Origin: Vicinamibacterales bacterium
Lineage (GTDB): Bacteria > Acidobacteriota > Vicinamibacteria > Vicinamibacterales > UBA8438
Length of the DNA: 64,000 bases
Assembly: GCA_965261285.1 (NCBI GenBank)
Contig: OZ253457.1
Location: 1,508,511 to 1,572,510, forward strand
Reading direction: 5' to 3'
Of this stretch, positions 34,078 to 41,384 are shown in pieces. How positions within the stretch are numbered: position 1 is the stretch's first letter; each line of letters starts with the position of its first letter. Made by a program: the position numbers and the translations under genes. A model generated the notes under the pieces. The model made no database searches. It was not told the origin of the DNA and worked only from the letters and a program-made list of their open reading frames with translations.

Positions 34078-36486
34078 ATGCAGTTCCCCACTCGCGGCCG
34101 TTCAGCGCGGACGGCGCTGTCGTCTTGTGTCTGCGCGCTCCTCGTCACCGGCATCTCGGCCGGCCTCGCTTCCGAGGCGTCGGCGCAGGTCGGCCAGCGC
34201 GCCACGGCCCTGAGCGGGGTGCCCGCGGTGCCCCTGCCGGAAGGCCCGGTGGTGCTCTACAGCGCCGAGCAGCCGCGCATCCGGGTCGTGCCGGTGGCGA
34301 CCGGGCTCTCGCATCCCTGGGGGCTGGCGTTCCGCCGCAACGGCGACATCCTCGTCACCGAGCGGGACGCGGGCGCGCTGCGGCTCATCCGCGACGGGGT
34401 GCTCGACCCGCGGCCGATTCCCGGCACCCCCGAGGTCTACCTGGGCACGCGGCTCGCCGGCCTGATGGACATCGCCCTCCACCCGGACGACGACCGGCTC
34501 GTGTATCTCACCTACTCCAAGCCGATGGAGCAGGACGGCCGCCGGGGCGCGACCATCGCCCTCGCCCGCGGCCGCCTCGACGCGGGGGCGCTGACCGAGG
34601 TGCGCGACGTCTTCGTCTCCGAGGGGTTCGGCCGCGGCGTCGCCGCCTCGCGGGTGACGTTCGGCCCCGACGGCAGGATCTACATGACCGTCGGCGGGGC
34701 CATCCGGTCGCAGACGACGGGGCAGCGCGCCCAGGATCCGGCGACTCACGTGGGCAAGGTCATCCGGTTGAACGAGGACGGCAGCGTGCCCGACGACAAT
34801 CCCTTCGTCGGCCGGCCCGGCTACCTGCCCGAGATCTACTCGTTCGGCCACCGCAACCAGCTCGGCCTGACGTTCCACCCCGACACCGGGCAGCTCTGGG
34901 CGACCGAGAACGCGCCGCAGGGGGGCGACGAGGCCAACGTCATCCTCCCCGGCGGCAACTACGGCTGGCCCGTCGCCTCCGACAGCCGCGAGTACACCGG
35001 CGTGCGGGTGTCCGACACCCCGTGGGTCGACGGCTTCGAGCGGCCCGAGGTCCTGTGGTGGCCGTCGATCGCGCCGTCGGGGCTGACGTTCTACGACGGG
35101 GAGCAGTTCCCCGCGTGGCGGGGCAACCTCTTCGTCGGCTCGATGACGGTGGGGCGGATGCAGCGGACCGGCCACCTCGAGCGCATCGTGTTCAACCAGC
35201 GCGGCGAGGAGATGCGGCGCGAGTGGCTGCTCGCCGAGCTGAAGCAGCGCATCCGCGACGTGCGGCAGGGGCCCGACGGGTTCCTCTACGTGCTGACCGA
35301 GGAGGACGACGCGGCCCTGCTGCGCATCGAGCCGGCGCGGGCGATCACGGGGCTGCCGGGCAGCGTGCTGCCCCAGCGCCGCCTCCGCGCGGCGCGCATC
35401 GGGCCGCTCGCCGAGGCCGAGTGGACCGACGCGCAGCGCGAGGTCGTCGAGCGCCATGCCGGCGCCGCCGGGCTCGGGAACGCCCTGCGCACCCTGGTCC
35501 GGGTGCCCGCCCTCGCCGACCGGATCTTCGCGTTCAGGGACTACGTCTCCAGCGGCTCGACCCTGCCCCCGCGCCAACGCGCGCTGCTCGTCCTGCGGAC
35601 CGCGTGGCTGACGCAGAACGCCGTCCTCTGGGCCGCCCACGCCGCCGCCGCGGCCGACGCCGGGTTGACGGACGAGGACCTGACGAACCTCGCCGAGGGG
35701 CCCTCGCTGGAGCGCTGGGACCCGTTCGAGGACGCCCTCGTCGGGTTCGCCGATCAGCTCTTCCGCAACTCGTCGGTGACCGACGTCACCTGGGCGGCGC
35801 TGGCCGAGCGCTACGGCGAGCACGAGCTGATCGACGCGGTGGCGACGGTGGCCGACACCACCGCCGTCGCGATCGTGCTCAACGCCCTCGGCGTCCAGCC
35901 CGACGACGGGGCGCCGCGCATACCCACCCGCGACGTCGCCTATCGGGTGGTGGTCCCGGTGCGCGAGCCGCCCCTCGCCAGCCCGCGGATCGAGCCGGTC
36001 GACGGCCCGGGGCTCCGCGTCTCGCGCACGTTCCGCCGGCACCCGGCGATGGCCGACGCGTTCAGCGCGACCTCCGGCTTCGTGCTGAACCCCGAGCTGT
36101 CGGGGCTGACCCCGCACGACCGCGAGCTGCTCATCCTGCGCACGGGCTGGAACGCCCAGGCCGTCTACGAGTGGGCCAAGCACGTCGGCAGCGTCGGCCG
36201 CGCCCGCGACCACGGGCTCGACCCGACCTGGATCGCCCAGGGGCACGACGCCGCCGGCTGGAACGAGACCGAGCGCCTGCTGATCGACGCCGCGAACGAG
36301 ATGTACCGCGACACCACCGTCTCGGACCGGACGTGGAACGCGCTCGCCGAGCGGTACGACACCCGCCGGATGATCAGCATCGTGGCCACCACCGCCCGCT
36401 ACCGCCTGGTGTCGATGCTGCTCAACGCGTTCGGGGTGCAGCCGCTGCCCGACGACGAGCGGTTCCCGGTGCTCGAGGGCTACTGA
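34078..36486 (+). CDS. PQQ-dependent sugar (glucose/sorbosone) dehydrogenase beta-propeller fused to two carboxymuconolactone-decarboxylase (AhpD-like) domains
   Basis: Signal peptide, 'LSHPWGLAFRRNGDILVTERDAG.LRLI', 'GHRNQLGLTFHPDTGQLWATENAPQGGDEANVILPGGNYGWP'. Two CMD-like segments follow: 'LPPRQRALLVLRTAWLTQNAVLWAAHAAAA' and 'LTPHDRELLILRTGWNAQAVYEWAKHV'. Confidence 0.75.
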   Translation: MQFPTRGRSARTALSSCVCALLVTGISAGLASEASAQVGQRATALSGVPAVPLPEGPVVLYSAEQPRIRVVPVATGLSHPWGLAFRRNGDILVTERDAGALRLIRDGVLDPRPIPGTPEVYLGTRLAGLMDIALHPDDDRLVYLTYSKPMEQDGRRGATIALARGRLDAGALTEVRDVFVSEGFGRGVAASRVTFGPDGRIYMTVGGAIRSQTTGQRAQDPATHVGKVIRLNEDGSVPDDNPFVGRPGYLPEIYSFGHRNQLGLTFHPDTGQLWATENAPQGGDEANVILPGGNYGWPVASDSREYTGVRVSDTPWVDGFERPEVLWWPSIAPSGLTFYDGEQFPAWRGNLFVGSMTVGRMQRTGHLERIVFNQRGEEMRREWLLAELKQRIRDVRQGPDGFLYVLTEEDDAALLRIEPARAITGLPGSVLPQRRLRAARIGPLAEAEWTDAQREVVERHAGAAGLGNALRTLVRVPALADRIFAFRDYVSSGSTLPPRQRALLVLRTAWLTQNAVLWAAHAAAAADAGLTDEDLTNLAEGPSLERWDPFEDALVGFADQLFRNSSVTDVTWAALAERYGEHELIDAVATVADTTAVAIVLNALGVQPDDGAPRIPTRDVAYRVVVPVREPPLASPRIEPVDGPGLRVSRTFRRHPAMADAFSATSGFVLNPELSGLTPHDRELLILRTGWNAQAVYEWAKHVGSVGRARDHGLDPTWIAQGHDAAGWNETERLLIDAANEMYRDTTVSDRTWNALAERYDTRRMISIVATTARYRLVSMLLNAFGVQPLPDDERFPVLEGY

Positions 36487-36526
36487 CCGTCGCGCTGATC
36501 GGGAGCCCGGGCAAACGAGGAGCGTC

Positions 36527-37063
36527 ATGTCGAAGAGACCGTTCGTCCTGTTGATTCTCGCGTCGGCCGCGTCCGCATGGGGCGTTCACGCCGCTCAGAC
36601 CGCGAACACCGAAGCGGCTCCGGGAGGCGCGGCGCCCGCCGCGCTCACCGCCGACGACCACGTCGAGATCCGGAACCTCGCCGGCCGCTACAGCCACGCC
36701 CTCGACCTGGGCGAGCCGGCGGCGTGGGCGGAGGTGTTCACGGAAGATGGCGTGATGGACATGGTGGCGCAGGGCTACGAGATCGAGGGCGATGCCCTGC
36801 GGTCGCTGGCGCGGGACGGCGAGCCGTCGGGCAGCCGGCACATGCCGTCGACGTTCGTCATCGACGGGGCCGGCGACGAGGCGACCATGCGCTCTTACGT
36901 CACCGTCGTCGGTACGGCCGGCGATGCCGCCCGCATCGTCTTCCAGGGCCGCTATGAGGACCGCCTGCGCCGCGTCGACGGCAAGTGGCGCATCGCGCGC
37001 CGCCGCATACTCACCGACTGGATCGACCCCGTGGTCGCGGCCGGGGTCGCGAACGCGCCCTGA
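36527..37063 (+). CDS. SnoaL-like / NTF2-fold protein, secreted
   Basis: Signal peptide, 'LTADDHVEIRNLAGRYSHALDLGE...WAEVFTEDGVMD' and 'RYEDRLRRVDGKWRIARRRI', typical of the SnoaL_4/NTF2-like pattern. Confidence 0.65.
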   Translation: MSKRPFVLLILASAASAWGVHAAQTANTEAAPGGAAPAALTADDHVEIRNLAGRYSHALDLGEPAAWAEVFTEDGVMDMVAQGYEIEGDALRSLARDGEPSGSRHMPSTFVIDGAGDEATMRSYVTVVGTAGDAARIVFQGRYEDRLRRVDGKWRIARRRILTDWIDPVVAAGVANAP

Positions 37064-37154
37064 CGGCACGGCCCTTGCTCTTGACCATGCTGCGATGGCG
37101 CGGTCAAGTGGCCGATCCGCGGTCCCCGCTGCTGTCGGAGAGGAGAGCGGGGTC

Positions 37155-37565
37155 ATGCAGCTCGTGCAACTGGAACAGCGAATGAAGAAGCTTGAACTCC
37201 GGGTCGATGGGATCGAGCAGATTCTGCCGACTCTCGCGACCAGGGACGACCTGCAGGCGGCGATCGGCGCATCGGAGGAACGGATGCGTGCGCACGTCTT
37301 CCACGCGATCGGCGCATCGGAGGAACGGATGCGTGCGCACGTCTCCCACGCGATCGGCGCATCGGAGGAACGGATGCGTGCGCACGTCTCCCACGCGATC
37401 GGCGCATCGGAAGAGCGGATGCGTACGCACGTTTCCGATGCGGTCGGTGCAACGCGCACCGACCTCCGGACTCACTTCGACGTCGTCGCCGAGAGCCTGC
37501 GCCACGAGCTTCGGCTGGTTGCCGAGGCGGTCGCCGAACTCTCCGAACGGGTCGGGCGTTCCTGA
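37155..37565 (+). CDS. Small coiled-coil-like protein containing a 15-aa tandem repeat
   Basis: ATG 37155 ('MQLVQLEQRMKKLELRVDGIEQILPTLATRDDLQA'), then 4x 'AIGASEERMRAHV(F/S)H', then 'LRHELRLVAEAVAELSERVG'. The repeat length (45 bp) keeps the frame. I recognise no family. Confidence 0.5.
   Translation: MQLVQLEQRMKKLELRVDGIEQILPTLATRDDLQAAIGASEERMRAHVFHAIGASEERMRAHVSHAIGASEERMRAHVSHAIGASEERMRTHVSDAVGATRTDLRTHFDVVAESLRHELRLVAEAVAELSERVGRS
37260..37439. repeat. 45-bp direct tandem repeat, 4 copies plus a degenerate 5th
   Basis: Copies lie at 37260-37304, 37305-37349, 37350-37394 and 37395-37439. Copies 2 and 3 are identical, copy 1 differs by one base (ttc vs tcc), copy 4 has several changes, and a degenerate copy follows (37440 to about 37484). 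Confidence 0.9.
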
Positions 37566-37661
37566 CCGGGGCTTCACCTGCAGCGGGTGCACGACGGCGG
37601 GGAGCTCATGGTCGCCCAGGAGCCCCCCGCGTTCCGCATATCCTGTCGTCCCCTTCCCGAA

Positions 37662-40580
37662 TCAGAACCCGTACCGGATGCCCGCCTGGAACTGCCGCGG
37701 ATAGCCCCCGGCGAGGAGCTGGGTCGGCACGAGGAAGCTGCCCGACCGCCGGTCGCCCGACGGGTTGACCCAGTTCACGCGGTTGGTCACGTTGAAGAGC
37801 TCGCCGAAGATGTCGACGGTCTGCTCGCCGCTCCCCCGGAAGCGGTAGCCGATGCGCAGGTCGAGCTGGAAGTAGTCGGGCCCGTAGGCGCCCCTGAGCC
37901 CCCCCGCGTTGTCCACGCTGATGGCGTTCTGCCCGGTGCCGCTGTAGGCGCCCGCCGGCAGCGGGTCGAGCAACTGGCCGTTCATGTCCGGATCGAAGTT
38001 GCTGTCGTGGATGGTGAACGGCGTGCCGGTCATGTAGCGGGCGACGGCGCTGAGGGTCACGCCCCCCGTCCCCGGTATCTCCGTCTGCCCGCTGATCGTC
38101 AGCAGGTGGCGCCGGTCGTACTGGCTGGGGCCCCACAGCAGGTCGAGGTTGCGGTTGTCCATGACCTGGGCCACGTTCACCTCGTCGTTGGGGTCGCCGT
38201 CGTTGTTGCCCCGGGCGTGGCCGAGGGTGTAGGCCACGCGCGCGCTCCAGTTGTCGGCGTAGCGCTTCTCGATCTGGAAGTTGAGGCCGTCGTAGGCCGA
38301 GCTGGCGTTGTTCTCGATGATCCACACGTCGCTGGAGAACGGCGCGATGCCCAACTGGTCGGCGAGCCCCATGAAGTCGACCCGCGTGATCGGGTCCGTC
38401 CGGTTCGTCCCGGCCCGCACCCGCGGGGTGAGGTTGTAGCGCAGCGGCAGGTCGCGGCCCCAGAGCCTGACGTAGTCGACGCCGAACGACACCTGGGGGC
38501 TGAGCTCGCGCTCGTAGCCGAACGACACCGAGTCCTGGTGGGCGACGGGGCGATTGGGGGTGTCCAGCCACACCGCCCCGAAGTTCCGGAACGACGAGCC
38601 GATGGGCACGAGCTGGGAGATGAGGCCGCGGTCGAGCATGGGCCCGTTGACGAGCAGGGGGTGGGTGGGGAACATGCCCTGGCTCGGACCGGGGTCGATG
38701 TCGTCGAGCGGGAAGTCGACCTGCTGCGAGCTGGCGAAGACCCCGCGGCGGACGAAGTTCTCGAAGCGGTTGACCCACAGCCGCTCGTAGAAGCGGCCGA
38801 ATCCGCCGCGGATGACCGAGTTGTTGCCCGCGTCGTAGGCGAAGCCCGCGCGCGGCGCGATGTTGTTCTTGTCGACGGGGTAGGCGTCGGGGTCGTCGAA
38901 CAACGGGTTGTGGAACGCCTTGATGGGGGCGATGTGGATGTCGTAGCGGACCCCCAGGTTGAGGGTCAGGTCGTTGATGCGCCACTTGTCCTGGAAGAAG
39001 AGCCCGCCCGAGTGCACCGTGGTGTACGGCCGGTCCGGCACCGGCATGCGCACCGTCAGCCGCTCCGGGTAGGTGAAGGGGTCGTTCGCGTCGAACGGCA
39101 TGTCGCTCGCCAGTTGGAAGACGCCGTTCATCGCGATCTGGTCGACGCGCCGGTGCTGGGCGTTGTTGTACTGGATGCCGAACTTGAAGTCGTGGTCCCC
39201 GCCGTCCGTCGGCACGAACCAGCTCAAGGCGTTCTGGAACGCGTAGGACTGCATCTTCCGGTCGAGCGCCAGCGAGTCGGCCTGGGTGATGATGCCGCTC
39301 TTCAGCAGGATGGTGGGCGGCTCCAGGGTCTGGTCGTTCGTGTCGTGGTACCCCAGCGAGCCCCAGTTCGGGCGCTCGTAGGTCCACGACGCCCGCATGG
39401 TGTTGACGGCGTTCGTGCCGACGATCCAGTTGTAGGTCCCCACCAGGGTCCAGTCGTCGTCCCGCTCGTTGGTCACCGTGTCCGCCGTGCGCGAGCCGGC
39501 CGGGTTGCCGTTGGTGGGCTGGTGGTCCCAGAGGTAGCGGATCGAGTAGTTGTGATCGGAGTTGATCTGGTCGTCGAAGCGGAGCAGGTAGTTGTCGAAG
39601 TTGGACTCCTGCACCCCCGTGAAGCTCAGGTCCGGCCGCTGCGGGTAGAAGCGGCTCTCCCCGAGGTCGAGGTCGAGGCGCTCGTAGCTGAAGAAGAAGT
39701 GGGCCTTGTCCTGCACGATGGGTCCTCCGATGGTGCCGCCGAGCTGCCGCAGCTTCGTGTCCGGCTTGTCGCCCCCGCGCTGCTTCACCAGGAAGTCGGG
39801 CGCGGTCAGGGCCGCGCTCGTGTAGAAGCCGAATGCGCTGCCGTGGAACTCGTTGGTCCCGGTCTTGCTGATGGCGTTGACGACCCCCGACGTGGCCGAC
39901 TCGTACTCGGCGTCCATCTGGTTGGTGACGACCTGGAACTCGGCCACCGACTCGAGGGCGGGCTTGGCCTGCGACTGGCCCCCGCGGAGGTCGTCGTTGT
40001 TGGCCCCCCCGTCGAGCATGAACATGATGCCGGTCTGGTTCTGGCCGTTGATGCGCACCCCCGACGAGCTCGGGCTGCTCGACGGCGTCAACTGCACCCC
40101 GGGCAGCAGGGCGACGAAGCTCGTGAAGTTGCGGCTCGACGACGGCAGGTCCCGCAACTCCTCGGTCCTGACGTTGCCGCCGACCTGGGCCGAGGTGAGG
40201 TCGACGAGCGGCGACTCGCCGGTGACCGTCAGCGACTCCTCCAGCGCCCCGATCTGCAGCGCGAGGTCGATCTGGACCGTCGGCCCGACCTGCAGGACGA
40301 TGTTCTCGGTGTTGAGCTCGCGGAAGCCCGCGAGCCGGGCGGTGAGGGTGTAGGGGCCGGGCTGCAGGCTGGCGAGCAGGTACTCGCCTCCGGGTCCGGT
40401 GATGGTCTCCCGGAAGGTGCCCGTCTCCTCATGGGTGGCGAGGACGGTCGCGCCCGGAAGCACGCCGCCCTGCTCGTCCGTGACGATGCCGCGAATCGCG
40501 GACGTTCCCTGCGCGAAGGCCGGTGCGGCCAGACCGCAGGTGAGGCCGATAGCGAGCGATGCGACGACGACAGTACGCAT
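37662..40580 (-). CDS. TonB-dependent receptor with an N-terminal carboxypeptidase-regulatory-like domain
   Basis: ATG 40580 ('MRTVVVASLAIGL...AFAQ'), 'IRGIVTDEQGGVLPGATVLATHEETG...YLLASLQPGPYTLTARLAGF', and a C-terminal 'QFQAGIRYGF' terminal-Phe barrel signature. Confidence 0.85.
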   Translation of the reverse strand: MRTVVVASLAIGLTCGLAAPAFAQGTSAIRGIVTDEQGGVLPGATVLATHEETGTFRETITGPGGEYLLASLQPGPYTLTARLAGFRELNTENIVLQVGPTVQIDLALQIGALEESLTVTGESPLVDLTSAQVGGNVRTEELRDLPSSSRNFTSFVALLPGVQLTPSSSPSSSGVRINGQNQTGIMFMLDGGANNDDLRGGQSQAKPALESVAEFQVVTNQMDAEYESATSGVVNAISKTGTNEFHGSAFGFYTSAALTAPDFLVKQRGGDKPDTKLRQLGGTIGGPIVQDKAHFFFSYERLDLDLGESRFYPQRPDLSFTGVQESNFDNYLLRFDDQINSDHNYSIRYLWDHQPTNGNPAGSRTADTVTNERDDDWTLVGTYNWIVGTNAVNTMRASWTYERPNWGSLGYHDTNDQTLEPPTILLKSGIITQADSLALDRKMQSYAFQNALSWFVPTDGGDHDFKFGIQYNNAQHRRVDQIAMNGVFQLASDMPFDANDPFTYPERLTVRMPVPDRPYTTVHSGGLFFQDKWRINDLTLNLGVRYDIHIAPIKAFHNPLFDDPDAYPVDKNNIAPRAGFAYDAGNNSVIRGGFGRFYERLWVNRFENFVRRGVFASSQQVDFPLDDIDPGPSQGMFPTHPLLVNGPMLDRGLISQLVPIGSSFRNFGAVWLDTPNRPVAHQDSVSFGYERELSPQVSFGVDYVRLWGRDLPLRYNLTPRVRAGTNRTDPITRVDFMGLADQLGIAPFSSDVWIIENNASSAYDGLNFQIEKRYADNWSARVAYTLGHARGNNDGDPNDEVNVAQVMDNRNLDLLWGPSQYDRRHLLTISGQTEIPGTGGVTLSAVARYMTGTPFTIHDSNFDPDMNGQLLDPLPAGAYSGTGQNAISVDNAGGLRGAYGPDYFQLDLRIGYRFRGSGEQTVDIFGELFNVTNRVNWVNPSGDRRSGSFLVPTQLLAGGYPRQFQAGIRYGF

Positions 40581-40863
40581 GGGACTGACCTCCAATGGAA
40601 GTACGGACCAACGCTGCCGACCGCACGGCCGCCGACCGAACATCCGTCAGCGCGCATATCCCAGCGCGTCGACTTCAACGCGTCGCTGTCATTCGCTGTT
40701 CTCTCGCCGGATCCCTCCTGAGAAGTCGCCACCGACCGTTTTCCGCTACGACGCAGAACCTCCATTCTTTCACCGAACCGCGCGCCGCGCCACACCAATC
40801 GGATCCCGCCCGCGCCCGCGGTTGCGCGATGCCGGGGTCGTCGGTTACGATGGCAGAGAGCCG

Positions 40864-41262
40864 ATGCGTTCCGTTCGATCCCTTCGCGCGGGCACGATTG
40901 CCGCCGTCATCGCCTGGAAGCTCACCGTCCTGGCGTTGCTGCCGGCCGCGCTGTGCTGCCGGGCGGCGATGGCCGCGGACGGGGCCGAGGCGCACTCGTG
41001 CTGCGAGGGAGGCGAGCACGGGGCGATGTGCCCGCTGAAGCGCGGTCGCGCCGACGAGGGGGACGCCGCGCCGGAGCAGCCGCGCATGGCCGGCTGCGAT
41101 TCCCTCGACGACGCGCTCATCGGGCTGCTCGGCCTCACCGGCTTCACGCCCGACTCGTTCGAGCTCTCCGCCGACCCGGCCGTCGTCGGCCTCCTCGGCG
41201 ACCTCCGCCCGGCCGCCGACTCCTTCGTCGGCCTCCTCGGCCCACCGCCTCCGCGGGCCTGA
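40864..41262 (+). CDS. Small membrane-anchored Cys/His-rich protein (DUF2946-like?)
   Basis: ATG 40864. A hydrophobic N-terminus 'IAAVIAWKLTVLALLPAALCC' is followed by 'HSCCEGGEHGAMCP'. It sits directly upstream of a putative copper TonB receptor, as DUF2946 genes often do. The family assignment is tentative. Confidence 0.4.
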   Translation: MRSVRSLRAGTIAAVIAWKLTVLALLPAALCCRAAMAADGAEAHSCCEGGEHGAMCPLKRGRADEGDAAPEQPRMAGCDSLDDALIGLLGLTGFTPDSFELSADPAVVGLLGDLRPAADSFVGLLGPPPPRA

Positions 41263-41384
41263 CCCCTGCTCCGACCGTTTCCGTTCGGTTCAAGACAGCG
41301 GTTTCGTTGCGCCCCTCGGCGGCGCCGTCCGGGCCTCGGCCCGCGTGACGCGCCGGCGGACGGGCGTACGGGGGAGGTTTCGAG

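Noticed and set aside
37260-37439. Regularly spaced 45-bp direct repeats considered as a possible CRISPR array.
   Set aside because: The repeats are directly adjacent with no unique spacers, they lie in-frame within an ORF, and no cas genes are present.
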